A stretch of 64,000 bases of DNA from Trypanosoma brucei (Eukaryota). The stretch is taken from positions 1,696,001 to 1,760,000 of the forward strand of contig CP000070.1 of NCBI GenBank assembly GCA_000002445.1. The letters run 5' to 3'. How positions within the stretch are numbered: the first letter of the stretch is position 1; each line of letters begins with the position of its first letter. The notes beneath the pieces were generated by a model. The model was given only the letters and a program-made list of their open reading frames with translations. It ran no database searches and was not told the DNA's origin. Position numbers and translations under genes: made by a program. Positions 22,063 through 34,056 of the stretch are shown piece after piece.

Positions 22063-23982
22063 TTAAGTTGTTGGGAAATCATCACCACGATCCTCCGCGA
22101 AGACAAATTTGTGACGCAATCCACTCTTAACATTTGTTACATTCATTTCCTCTAAACCTGGAACCAGCCGGAACTGACGATTCACCATCCCACCCTGGGT
22201 CTTACAACCACCAAGGTTATTGCTCGCATTGTTGTTGTTGTTGTTGTTGGAGCCAACATTATAATAATGTTGATTGCTACTGTTGCTATTGTTGTTGTTA
22301 TTATTATTATTATTCATATTGCCGCTGCTGGCACCACTCGAGACGGAACCCTCCGGACATGTAACCCCACCAAATGTAAAGACTTGACCGTGTGTTCCTT
22401 TTGGTTTGCCATCTGGACCTAATTGGCAACACGGGCGCCGACACCATGACTGAGGTCCCTCCATCACAACTACGGTGTGCTGCCGGCCACATGCGATGGC
22501 CCTCGCCACACCACCTGCAACAAATTCAAGATTTACTACTCGATACGGTGAAGTTATTGTGTCGGTTGTTGGACGGGCACCGCACTGCCCAGAAGTGTTA
22601 TCGCCCCAGCAGTACACGGCACCGCGGTCGGTTAAAGCTACGGTATGAAAGGAACCACAAGCAACATCAACAACGTGACGACCGGTGAGTGCACCCACAA
22701 CTTTTTTTGGACGCATTACCGGTCCATTGTCACCGTGACCGAGACGGCCTTGGTAACCAACACCCCATGTGAAGAGCTCACCCGCGGCATTAATAGCGCC
22801 ACTGTGCCATTGACCGGCGTGGATGCGAACAAGTTTGTGCTCAGTTGGAACCCGCACTACCTGTGGCTCAAGCACAACCGTGCGCTCCTCCGCACTCAAC
22901 GACTTACCAATAATAGATATATCCGTAACACTAGCACGCACTTCTGCTTCACTTCCAAGGCCAAGACAATCCAATAACCCCCAACTGTACAACGTGCCAT
23001 CAGTACCCAGAGCAAGGGTAAAGAAACTACCACAGCTCAACTGCTCAATATGTTTACCCTCTAATGTTGTGACTAGAGTTGGTTCCTCCACTTTGCGCAG
23101 TGAACAATGGAAGCTGCGTGGCCCCAATCCACTCTGGCCGTGGTTATTGTTTCCCCAAAAGTATACATGATGATCTGCTGTCAGGGCCACGGCGAAGGCA
23201 TAACCGGCTGCCACATGCACCGCCGGTTCCCGCTCAAACATCGAAATGCGCTGCGGCACCGTCACTACAGTCGTTGTGTCCTCCGGATGCTGCTCCACCT
23301 CTGGTGTGTGACCGAGCCCTAATTGTCCCCAGTCCCCATTTCCAAAAGTATAAACATTACCGTCACTGGCGAGTACACAACTATAACTAGCACCCAGGGC
23401 AACATCCACTACATGAACACCAAACGGCGTTATTTGCACAAATGTTGGGGTATTGCAGTCCTCGAACCGCTGCGTGCCGAGCTCCCCACAAGAACCCGAA
23501 CCCCAACTAAATAACAACTGACGTCTCATGGGGCGTTCGGGTTCCATTCGCCGTATTAAACTCCTCAAATTTAGGTACTCCGCCACAGCCAGCACACCAG
23601 CCTCTGGGACACCGGGAGGTATAACCAACACCTTATGTCGCAAGTAATTTAGTACAGGAGCAAAGTATGTTGGATCTAAATCAAGCAAAATTGCTGAGTT
23701 TCCATCCTTCTCTACATGAAAGGAGTCTCGAAGCTCAGACTGGACCATCACCGCCAGCAAACTGCCAGGTTCAGAGCACAGAGTTGAAACCGTAGTCGTG
23801 AAGGGCGTCCCTCCAACATTTAATGTCACAAAATCCCACCGCCGCGCAAGTATAGAATCCGTTTGTGTGCTACGAGTGAGTGAAACGCCATCACACGAAT
23901 CGCCATCTCCGCAGCGTCCCACATGAAGCGGTGTGGTAAAATTGTTTGGATCCGCATGCATTTCACCCGTCCGTCGCATCAT
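22063..23982 (-). CDS. Protein with a BTB/POZ (T1/KCTD-type) domain and six or more RCC1 repeats, and a poly-Asn low-complexity region near the C-terminus.
   Basis: ATG-ATG at 23982-23977. The N-terminal block DFVTLNVGGTPFTTTVSTL...DLDPTYFAPVLNYLRH is T1/BTB-like. It is followed by repeated RCC1-type blocks (WGSGSCGELG, FGNGDWGQLGLG, FWGNNNHGQSGLG, SWGLLDCLGLG, TWGVGYQGRLGHG, CWGDNTSGQCG). Confidence 0.75.
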   Translation of the reverse strand: MMRRTGEMHADPNNFTTPLHVGRCGDGDSCDGVSLTRSTQTDSILARRWDFVTLNVGGTPFTTTVSTLCSEPGSLLAVMVQSELRDSFHVEKDGNSAILLDLDPTYFAPVLNYLRHKVLVIPPGVPEAGVLAVAEYLNLRSLIRRMEPERPMRRQLLFSWGSGSCGELGTQRFEDCNTPTFVQITPFGVHVVDVALGASYSCVLASDGNVYTFGNGDWGQLGLGHTPEVEQHPEDTTTVVTVPQRISMFEREPAVHVAAGYAFAVALTADHHVYFWGNNNHGQSGLGPRSFHCSLRKVEEPTLVTTLEGKHIEQLSCGSFFTLALGTDGTLYSWGLLDCLGLGSEAEVRASVTDISIIGKSLSAEERTVVLEPQVVRVPTEHKLVRIHAGQWHSGAINAAGELFTWGVGYQGRLGHGDNGPVMRPKKVVGALTGRHVVDVACGSFHTVALTDRGAVYCWGDNTSGQCGARPTTDTITSPYRVVNLEFVAGGVARAIACGRQHTVVVMEGPQSWCRRPCCQLGPDGKPKGTHGQVFTFGGVTCPEGSVSSGASSGNMNNNNNNNNNSNSSNQHYYNVGSNNNNNNNASNNLGGCKTQGGMVNRQFRLVPGLEEMNVTNVKSGLRHKFVFAEDRGDDFPTT

Positions 23983-26900
23983 CGCCGGTATCGTATCACT
24001 GCTGAATATCGTTGTTATTTTCTACGCCTTTTTCAGTTTGGGAATAGTGGCACACCTCAAACTTAAATGTGATGCAGAGCCGCAAGCCCTCTTTTATTCT
24101 TCCTTCACCTTAGCCCACACACGTCACACGCAGACCAAATAACAAAAAGAAAAAAAGAATCCTCCCTCTTTACCAGCACAACAACTGCCGCTATGGAAAA
24201 AGTAAATAATAATAATGATAATAATAATAATGTTGCTGCTGTTGCTGCTGTTCTACCTGTCAAAATATATATAAAGAAACAAAAAAAAAAGGAGATAGCA
24301 CACAACGAAAAGCATTGATGAGGGTAACACATGGTTGCAGCCAAAAGGCGGGGAGATAATCATACAAAACACCACGATCGATAAACAAAAAAAAATAGTA
24401 TTGAGTGGAAGGTAAAACAGTCAACGTAAGCATAGTGGAAATAATAACAATAACAACAACAATAATAATGGTAATGGTAATGGTAGTGATAATAATGACA
24501 ACAGTAAGTGATATAATGATAGTAATGAAGAGAAATATGAACGGGAAGGTACAAAAAGGGGGGCAGTAATCAATACTCCTTCCCTTAATTTAATAGTGTC
24601 GATCTCGCGCCCAGCAATAAAACAAAAAGCAGAAATCCCCGCAACGTCCTGAAAAAAAAAAAGGCAAACAAAAAAATAGATAAATATATAAACATTGCGG
24701 TGGAATACATAGATATATATATTTATATATATGTATATATGTATGAAAGGGGGAAATACGCATGAGAATGGAAAAAACTCAAAGTCATTACGAGGATTCT
24801 GGAATAATTTGAGAAGAAAAGTTGCAACTACAGCTAACAGGAGCTCGCGCACAAAAAATGTTTGTTTTGTTTTGTTTGTTTCCTCCTCCTGATCCTCCTC
24901 CTTCCTTCTTTTTGGTGTCTTAAATAAGGGCACCATTCCATGTAATGAGTTCACAAACACACAAAATACAGAAACACGAAAATATTAAAAGCAAAAGTAA
25001 TTTTACTTCTTCGGTCAAATCGCATGTCACTGGTCCGAATAAAACTGTAAAAATAATAACACATCATTTGCATTGCTTTCCGTTATTTCCTTTATTTCTT
25101 TTCCTTCCCTTATCTCACACATTTCCCCCATCTATTATTTCCCCTTCATATCTCGCAAACGCAACAAAAGATGAGGGGGGACAAAAAAAACAAACAAAAA
25201 AAAAACGCACCCGCACATAAATACAAAAATACAAAAAAACATAAAAATATAAAATAAAATAATGACACACAAGCGCACATATTTTTTTTGTAAAAAAAAA
25301 TGCATCTACATGCAAAAACATACATATAATTATAATTATAATTATGTATCCTCATACCTTCATGCGTTTAGATGTTTACCGAGCACACGGTGAATGAAAT
25401 ACATAAGAAGCAAGCAGCAGTGTAAAAACAAAAAAAAGAAAAAAATAGAGAAAAAAAGAAGGAAAACAAACAAACAAACTCGCAACGCAATGAAAAAAAT
25501 AGGAAGGAAACGATTAAATTTTTAAAAAAAGGAAAAAATGGAAAAAGGGGGAGCGATCGCCAAAAAAAAAAAAGTTAAAAGAAAGCAACGGAAAAATAAA
25601 AAGAAGTGTTGCCCCTTTCCTTTCATTCCTTCTTTTTTTTTTCTTTGCTCCCAGTCGCGCGAGTGTTTTATGTCACTGTTTAAAAGAAGGCCGTTAACTC
25701 AATTTATTTCCTTCCTTATGTCAGTTTCCATAATAATTCCTCTTATATATATATATATATATATATATTAGTATTATTATTATTATTCCCCTTTCTTTCT
25801 TTCTTTCACAAATTTTGTTTTTTTTTGTTTTTTAACGTACTTACGCTTCGAATATGCAAAATATCAGCAACAACCGCAAACACATATCTTCTACCTTTTT
25901 TCTCTCTTTTTTATTTTTCTTTTTTTCCAAACAAATGCAGAGAGAGGGGAGAACAAAAAACAAAAAAAAGAAAAAAAAGAAAAAAAAAGAAGCACACGTA
26001 AAAAAAAAAACGACCACAATAAAACAAGTTTTACTACAACATAAAGCAGTTCACTCACTTCAGGAATCACGAGGTGGCGCTGCTTCTCAGCAGCATTTCT
26101 CAAAAATAAAAAAATAAAAACTCCTTTAAACCCCTTCTGTTGGGGATTTATTTCATAATTGAAAAAAAAACGGAAGAGGAACAAATTAAGAGCACTAAAA
26201 CACGACACGTGAGACAAAACTGAAAAGAAGAAAAAAAGGAAAGAGAAAAACAACGCAGAAAGACAAAAAAAGGAAAGAAGCCCCAAGAAAAATAAATAAA
26301 AATCAAAAAAATGCATACGGTGCTGTAAATCAACATATATTTGATCATGCAACGTCACTTATTCACACTTTTCTTCTCATTTTCTTTTCCTTTATTATTA
26401 TCACTATAAAAATAACAATAACAAACCGAAGCTAACACTTTTTCCACGCTGGTAAAGTAAAATACAAGACGTTTCTAAGGAACTGAAAACAGAAACGAAA
26501 CAAAACAACAAATGGACAACCAATTATTTTTTTTTCTTAAATAAAAATAAACACTTTTTCTCCTATTTTTTTTTCCCCCCTCGTTTCGACGATAATGGTG
26601 TGTTTTACCTTTTCGTTCTTTTCTCGTTCATCCATGGTTTATTTAGCCCCGTAACTTTAGTTTTTTTCAGGAAAAACAAACAAACAAAACAAACAAACGG
26701 AAGGAAAGAAAGAAGGAAGGAACGGAAAGGGAAAAAAAAATGGATCGAAGAAGGAAAAGAGGCAGAACCTGCCGTGCATGACGGCATTAAATTCATCGCC
26801 GTGGAGACGCAACGCTGGTGGAGTGACGCCACATGTGTGAGAGTTGGAAAATCAAAATAACAATAATAATAATTATTATTATTATTACTATTTATTATTT

Positions 26901-27683
26901 ATTATTTATTGTTGTTAGTGGCAACTCATCACCACACGTCAGGTCGCAACACTTCACGCATCTCCGCTCATTTTTTTTTTCACTTCCATCACCATTTTTT
27001 TTTATCTCCCTCGCTACTTAGTTCCTCAAATTCACCTTCCCAGAAGCGCTATATCCCTTCACTCGTACACTTCCCTTCGTTTCCTCTCTTTCTCTCTCTC
27101 TATGAAATAAATATATATATTTTTTTCATACTGTTCTTGCTATTGTTGCGCTCCTAACATATCCGCATCATCCGCACATATGTTTCCCTCTTTTTTACCT
27201 CATTTTAACTTTTGCTTTATTTTAGCTTCCATTTCACTTTGTTTGTTTGTTACACCACAGACACCCCCTTTTTTTTTTTTTGAAACTCTTTAGTTCTGCG
27301 TTCCTCTCGACTTGTTGTTCACACATACACAAACACAAACACGTAAACAATCGTACAAATCACAAATCCTCATGATCATTTCACTTCGTTGGCACGGTTT
27401 CATATCCTTTTCCTCGTCGTGTTGTGCCGGTGGGAATCGTTTCACTTCTGCTCTTGACGAAAAAACACATTCTGGTCCAAAAGCCATTAGGAATAGTGAC
27501 ATGTACACGTACGCATACTTTAGTTCCTCCTTTCCTTCACTATTTGATGGGGCCTTTGCCTTCTTCTCTTTTTCCTTTTTTTTTTTTAAAATCACTCCCA
27601 ATGGCCCTTACAATCCAATTACTTTGTGACTTTATGAATTCACGTAACCGCGCGTTATCCCCTTATCCAAACCCTTGCTTAAC

Positions 27684-29012
27684 TTAATTCGTCCGTTCAT
27701 GATAAGAAACAGCCTGCTGGAGCAGCTTTTGGTACTCCTCTTCCGTGGAGGCATTGTCGTGCAGCATTGCTTGCTGCTCCCGCAGCAGTAGGGAAAATTT
27801 ATCCTTATTCGTTAAATGTTGGGCCCCTTTCGCGCTGGCTCGGAGTTGCACCAACACTTCTTCCTTCGCTTTTGCACTGGTAGGAAGTGTAAATTTTACT
27901 ACTTTGATTTCATTGAGGTTAACAACAGCCGTGGACGGGTTTTTCGGACCTCGTGAGCTGCTTTGAGGTCGTGCGTTGGGGGCGCTAAGGTGTTGGCGTG
28001 GTGGTTGCTCCCCATTGGAGGATTTACTGCCATGCCAAACTTGCCGCAACTCCTCCAGGTACTTCTCCGCTTCCTTAACAATTTTATCGTGTTGAGAAAG
28101 GCCCTCCAAACTCTCCCGTTCCATAGCTTCCTGCTCCCTCAGAAGGTCTTGAAGACGTTTTTTACTGTCCTCTTCACACGGTGCAACGCGGCCAGAGTAA
28201 ACCTTGGGCGGCCTCAGTTCCTTCCTTTTCGTATTGCCATTGCTGTTTAAGTCCTTGCCCCGGCTAAAGCATTCGCCGCTGGTATTCTCTTCATGGGTCA
28301 GTTTGTCGCTGCTGTTGTTGTTGCTATTCGTGACGGTATCGCCCTTCTCCGCGAGCGAAGGAAGCTTTAAGGAGTCTGCTTTAGAGTTGTTAATGTTCTG
28401 GCCGGTACTGTTTCGGCATGGAAGTCCTGTTGAGGAGGAAATTAGAATGCTTGGAGGGTTCGCTTCCATCCCCGCATCACCAAAAATGGGCTGATATCGT
28501 GGTTCTTCCACTTCAACAACGTCAACAACATGAACATTACTCACTCCCTGGGAAGAAGCTCCGTGACGATCCGTGACATCCCCCACATCCGTGCTGAGAA
28601 TGCTAAATACCGGAGTGGCAGCGGCTGGAGTGTAGCGAACGGGCTGCTCAGTCGTCTTTTGCTCCTCCACAAGCACAACACTCGTATGCCGCGAGCCTGG
28701 CGACGAATGGGCTGTTGTGGAGCTTAAACACAATGACGCGGCTGCCGCAGTCTTTTGAACAGCCTTGCCGTCGCGGGATGCGTCTGTAGTGGTGGCACAT
28801 GTGAAGGAAGGAGAAAGTTGCTGTTGATCCAACACTGGAAGGTGCTCATCGCCACTAACCGATACGGCAATGCTGCTGGCCGTTGTGTTGCGGCTGCCAT
28901 TAACACCCCGAATGTCTGGAAATAGCTCAATTGATACACGGGCATTGCGGACCCCTTGACTCTCTAGAAACTCACGCACACCGCAGCTGAGCGCGGTTTT
29001 GGAATGGAACAT
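27684..29012 (-). CDS. Hypothetical 442-aa protein, Ser/Thr-rich with a short coiled-coil region.
   Basis: Long ORF with coding-like codon usage. Track codon 29018-29016 is TTG, so I re-set the start to ATG 29012-29010. I recognise no domain. Confidence 0.55.
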   Translation of the reverse strand: MFHSKTALSCGVREFLESQGVRNARVSIELFPDIRGVNGSRNTTASSIAVSVSGDEHLPVLDQQQLSPSFTCATTTDASRDGKAVQKTAAAASLCLSSTTAHSSPGSRHTSVVLVEEQKTTEQPVRYTPAAATPVFSILSTDVGDVTDRHGASSQGVSNVHVVDVVEVEEPRYQPIFGDAGMEANPPSILISSSTGLPCRNSTGQNINNSKADSLKLPSLAEKGDTVTNSNNNSSDKLTHEENTSGECFSRGKDLNSNGNTKRKELRPPKVYSGRVAPCEEDSKKRLQDLLREQEAMERESLEGLSQHDKIVKEAEKYLEELRQVWHGSKSSNGEQPPRQHLSAPNARPQSSSRGPKNPSTAVVNLNEIKVVKFTLPTSAKAKEEVLVQLRASAKGAQHLTNKDKFSLLLREQQAMLHDNASTEEEYQKLLQQAVSYHERTN

Positions 29013-29858
29013 ATGCAAATCACGTCTTCTCCCTACCTTTCAGTAAACTTCGGGCTGGTTAGACTAGTTACTCCTCCCGAGGGGTCTACCTTCTGAAAAG
29101 AAAAAAAATGGAGATACTCCTCCAAAAAGAAATGTTTGACGGTCACCTTTCTTTTCCTTTTTTTTTTCTGATATCTGCGGGCCGGTGGCTAGAGTTGCAA
29201 ATGGAAGCAACAGCTCTCGCGCTTTTCTCCGACGCGTGTAGACTACGGAAGCGAAACAATGAAGAAAATAATAAAGAAAACATTCGGAAGAAGAATAGGA
29301 CTCGTACTCACTGGATGGAAATAATCTTGAAGTACGTGCACAAGCAGTTGCGTAACCTCGTATGGACTACGACTGCGACCACAAGAGGGAAAAAAATCAG
29401 TGTGTGGAGCATTTATTAAACATGTTCCTCGAGACCATATATCGGTAGGCGCATGTGACCCACCAGTTCGCCCAACGGTTACCAGCACATGAGAGAAATA
29501 CCTCATACGCCACCCTTCAACTTAAATTACTCCTTTGGCCCATAAATACCCACTACGACGGCCAGCAAACCTTGTTACTGTACACACAATAGACTTTAAA
29601 AAGTACGAACGTTATTTTCATCCTCACTAGCACACGATACTCCCCACGCCTTTTCAAAACACCAAGTGTCAACGCCACCCCTCCTGCGCTCTCCTTTGCA
29701 CACACCACACACACAAACACATATACATACATGTATATATATAAATATATATATATATATGCACATACGCACCACGGACCCTGTATGGAGTAAACAAATG
29801 GTTCGGCACTACTGGAAAGGGCTGCAACGAACCAGCACAACAGCAGGTGGGCGCGTTG

Positions 29859-30680
29859 CTACTTCTTTGCTGCGCCGCCGGTGGAGGCGCCTGGTTGTAC
29901 CGGTTTCGCATCTAAGTCCCTGCAATACGGCTTTGGTGGCTCTTTCATAAAAATTGACGTTCTGCCACCTGCCGGTTCCGACCATCGACGGTCTTCTCGA
30001 CACGTCCCCACCTTAAATGGGCGCCCTTCACGTAAGTTCTCAATCAGTTCCTTGACACTATCCCACGTAAGGTCTTCCACAAAGTCATATGAAAAATGTG
30101 GTGGCCGACTGTAGTCGCTTACCACAAGCATGGGTGCGTTCACACAAGCCCCAAGGCACTGCATCTCACCCAGCGTAATGAGTCCGTCACGGGTTGTACC
30201 ATGCATTTTCACATTGAGGTATGCCTCGGTGCGGTGGACGAGTTCGTCGCAGCCACATAGCATGCAGGGGGTTGTGACGCAGAACTGAATGTGATATTTT
30301 CCCACAGGTTGGCGGTTGAACATGGAGTAAAACGTGACTGTTTCAAATACCTGCATTGGAGGCACCTCACAGATGCGGGCAATTTTGTACATGGCCGTCA
30401 CTGGAATGTACCCGCCCTGTTGCCGTTGTGCGAGGTGCAGCAGTGGAATAATGGCGCTCCTGCGGCGGCTGCGCGGAAACTTAGGGAGGATGACGTTGTT
30501 GATCTCCTCATAGCTTGCCATCGTGAAGTCCCATGGGATGCGAGTGTTGTTGGTGTCGGTGTTGTGATGCCGAACCTCGCCGTGGATCACTCGTCGGGGA
30601 GAACAGACGGGAAAAGGAACCACGCATCCTGTAAGAGCAGGAATAATGGGGGGTAAATTGGCCCCAGCTCGACGCCACAT
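29859..30680 (-). CDS. NDUFV2: NADH dehydrogenase (complex I) 24-kDa flavoprotein subunit, NDUFV2/NuoE, a thioredoxin-like [2Fe-2S] protein with a presumptive mitochondrial presequence.
   Basis: ATG at 30680-30678. LHLAQRQQGGYIPV...VGKYHIQFCVTTPCMLCGCDEL...CLGACVNAPM shows the four-Cys 2Fe-2S ligand pattern. By my recollection it aligns with human NDUFV2 along the whole mature region, including SEPAGG near the C-terminus. Confidence 0.9.
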   Translation of the reverse strand: MWRRAGANLPPIIPALTGCVVPFPVCSPRRVIHGEVRHHNTDTNNTRIPWDFTMASYEEINNVILPKFPRSRRRSAIIPLLHLAQRQQGGYIPVTAMYKIARICEVPPMQVFETVTFYSMFNRQPVGKYHIQFCVTTPCMLCGCDELVHRTEAYLNVKMHGTTRDGLITLGEMQCLGACVNAPMLVVSDYSRPPHFSYDFVEDLTWDSVKELIENLREGRPFKVGTCREDRRWSEPAGGRTSIFMKEPPKPYCRDLDAKPVQPGASTGGAAKK

Positions 30681-33043
30681 CCTCCCGCGAGCTCAAAATT
30701 GTACCCGCACCGGTTCGTGATTTATCCTAACTGCGTACCTTACTGGGGTCGTCCCGACGCACCTTACTCCCACGTGGCACGGACTAGAACACAGACACAC
30801 TGAACGATACTACAAAATTGCTAATACTGCTCCTACTGCTAGAAATGGGACAACAAAACCCAACCCTGCTGTACTACAAAGTATATATATGTATATATAA
30901 CTTCAAACAACGGCAAATAAGTGGATAAAACAGTCCCAAGAATATTAATACTTTCTCCGGGAAATCAGCCACAACTCCCAATACTTCCCTGTACGCTAAC
31001 GGTGTTGTCAAGCAAAGAAAAAAAAGATGGAAGAGGCAACAATTCAGGTAGAAAAAACGAGGCAAGCAACACGTGAAGGCAACGAAGCACGGTGACCCCA
31101 ACCACCACGCATCAACAAGCACATACACAAATACACACAACACCAACGGTTAACGAAAGGGGAAAGAAGATCAGAGTCGTCAATAATGTAACGAACTTCC
31201 GGGTGGCTACGCTCCAAAAAAAAAAAAAACACTGCGGGCACCGTTCCTGGGGCACGAGGTGAGCTAAACTAACTCTCCCATCCTCCTATTTTCCTTTTCG
31301 TTCATCTACGCTCACACACCTCCCCCTCTCCCTCTCCTACTTTCCCCAATCTGCAGCACTTTATTCCCAAAGGGTGGCACGGGTGTCTTCTTGGGGATGT
31401 GCGGTCGTTATGTTGAAACGGAGGCAAATGATTTAGAAAGGAAAAACAAAAAAGAAAAGAAAAATGAGAAGCACGAAGGGCCTGAGCAAGTGAGGAGAAT
31501 GAATGAAAAGGGGGACTGAACGAGTAACAAATTTGCATTACCCGCCAAATGGAAGTCTCACTACGTTTGAAGGGGAGGGTCGCTAGCACTCACCACAGCA
31601 GGATTAGTAACTCTCGCCACATCCCCCTCCTTCCTCCTTTCTTAACCCCACCATTATTCCCCCTCCCCCTTCCTCACACCGGCATTCGAAGAGTTCTATC
31701 TAACTTGCAGTTTAGATCGACAGCGCAAGTGAGTACAAGTGCCGCCAACCTAAACCACTCTGTAACGCTGGCAGCGTACGGCGATCGTTGTTGTGGGTGC
31801 TGTTTCGACAGTGCCGCGCCCCATGCGGTGAAGATGGAATAAAATTTCCAATAGAGAAGCGGCAGAAAAGGAAGAGGTGAGTTGGAGAAGCACGCCAGCA
31901 CACGAAATGCTGCGCAGACTCTTCCTTAACGTAAACATTACATCAACTTCACCACCGACGTCCTTTCTATCCTCCCTCCTCTCTTCTTGTTCACCGAAAG
32001 CACTGACAAACCCTCCACATCGATTTTTATTCAACTCCTATGTGGGTCGAGCAACAAGGAAAGGGGGAAGTGGAGAAGGGGGCTGTCCCACAGATGTTAA
32101 CCGTCCTCGGCACTTCTCCGTATGGTAGAATGGAAATGTGAAGCGTACGAACGGTAATGTAAGTAAAAAAAAGAGGAAAATGGGGTGTTGCGTGGAGGGA
32201 AAGCGCCAATGCGCAGAGGCCGCGGTTTCCCCCCAAAAAAAAAACTTCCATGCTGCACACCCCAGTACTTTTGTGGTCACAAGCGTACCTCTTTTTTTTA
32301 CATACCCTTCTCCCCTCTCCAATCCTCTCCCCCCACACTCGATCTGTACAGTGCAGGAAGCGCTCCCAATGATCATCCCTGTTTTGCCGCCGCGCTCCCC
32401 TCAGAAACATGAACTACTTGGCTCCATACGCACCGCGCCAAAAGTGGAAGCACACAGCCGTCACAGCAGCAAAGGAGAACACAAAAAATAAAAAATAAAT
32501 TGACGCGCACCATTTCTTAGCGGCAGGACGTGGGTAAACGATCATTTTGGTTGTTCCCATACGCACAAACACACACTAAAACGGGCCACCTCTCCCGTAC
32601 TGCTCTGCGTCGCCACCACCACCATCGATCACCTAATCTCTAATTTCTAGTTGCCCTCATCTCAGGCCTTCTGTGAGGTAGTGGTACTGGACATAACAAA
32701 AAATGTAACAAAATACCTCACCCCCCCCCTTTCCTCCATCCACTTTCTGCAAACCATCATCTCATAAGTGGCAAACACACACGCAGACACACTCACACTT
32801 CCTTCCTGGCCCCTTCATCCTGAACTCTTTCTTTCCCCCCCCTCAGATGACGTTTGTTCTGTTCTGCACCTGCTTGGTCTTCCTCTTCTCTTTCATTTAA
32901 ATATGTCCAACTTCTGTGTACAGTGCATTCTTACCTCTCTCCTCTCATCCTTACTTCCTTCGGGGCCCTTCTCTATTAAACATCTAGCGAGCTGAAGGCA
33001 ACAACAACAGAGCATAAAAGTGAACAATTCACCTCCCTCTGGT

Positions 33044-33583
33044 CTACGAGCCCCTCTTCGATTTCTTGATGATTTTCTTTTCCAGGCTCTTGTGCACAAA
33101 TGGCACCACACCTCCCCGGGCAATTGTGGCGTTAACTATCTGGTTCAGCTCCTCGTCACCACGAATAGCCAGCAGGAGATGCCGCGGTTTGATGCGCTCC
33201 GTTTTCTGCGCCTTAGCTGCAGCTCCAGCGAGCTCAATTACCTCCGACGTCAAGTACTCAAGCAGCGCAGCACAGTAAATTGCGGCACTCGCACCACAGC
33301 GCTGCTTGCGGTTCAGTCCGTCCTTTAAACGCGAGTGAATGCGACCGACGGGGAAGTTGAGGTCAGCGCGGGCTGCGCGGGTCATCTTGTCGCGCCGGCC
33401 GGCTTTACCGCCAGTTTTACCTCCTCGCTTGCCTTTTCCTTTACCTTTCCCCTTGCCGTGCGCCGGACCAACGGCCTTCCCACCGAGCTTTCCACCGGTG
33501 AGGGCACTCGCCTGCTCGGGACTCATCGCCACGCCGCCGACGAGGGGGGCCTGAGGCACCGCATCATCACCTGTAAGAGACAT
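33044..33583 (-). CDS. H2AZ: Variant histone H2A.Z with a kinetoplastid-type Lys/Gly-rich N-terminal extension.
   Basis: ATG at 33583-33581. The histone-fold region [15 protein letters not shown]...[53 protein letters not shown] is H2A-like. Upstream sits a (KG)n-rich tail, [20 protein letters not shown]. Confidence 0.85.
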   Translation of the reverse strand: MSLTGDDAVPQAPLVGGVAMSPEQASALTGGKLGGKAVGPAHGKGKGKGKGKRGGKTGGKAGRRDKMTRAARADLNFPVGRIHSRLKDGLNRKQRCGASAAIYCAALLEYLTSEVIELAGAAAKAQKTERIKPRHLLLAIRGDEELNQIVNATIARGGVVPFVHKSLEKKIIKKSKRGS

Positions 33584-34056
33584 GACGCAAGTGCTTTAAA
33601 TGTGGTTACTGTGTACAACTGAATAAACCAGTGAGTTTTTATTCGTTCGTGTCCGTGTATAATGCGCTTTAGGCTCTGGCACCGAGATCCACGTACTCTA
33701 CCTTTTCCTCTTTCCTTCTGCGTAGCCAAATGACATGTGCACGGCGATATATATATATATATATATATATAGGAGAGATCAAGAACGGGAGAACATTCGA
33801 GAGATGGTTCAAGAGATGGGATCAAAAATGGACTTTACAATTCTGAGGGGTGTAGACACAGACCATAAGAGAAATCACTGGTAACTACGAAGAGAAAGAA
33901 CGGAAACTGCCGAAAGAAGCCGCTGCCATCGTAGACAGATCAAATGGTAACTATATCTAGTTATTAATACGTTCTTCCATAAGCGTACATGGAGCGATGA
34001 CGTTAGCAAACATTTGCCTCGCCTTCGCCAGCCGTCTAGTGTTGGTACCGCCACGG

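Noticed and set aside
24421-24960. 179-aa track ORF, and similar ORFs at 25891..26358, 14944..15393, 11621..12013, 20390..20797 and 21326..21694.
   Set aside because: The translations are dominated by poly-Leu, poly-Phe, IYIYIY or poly-Lys runs produced by reading through AT-rich or microsatellite DNA. Several start at non-ATG codons. There is no domain signal, so I treat them as UTR or spacer sequence.
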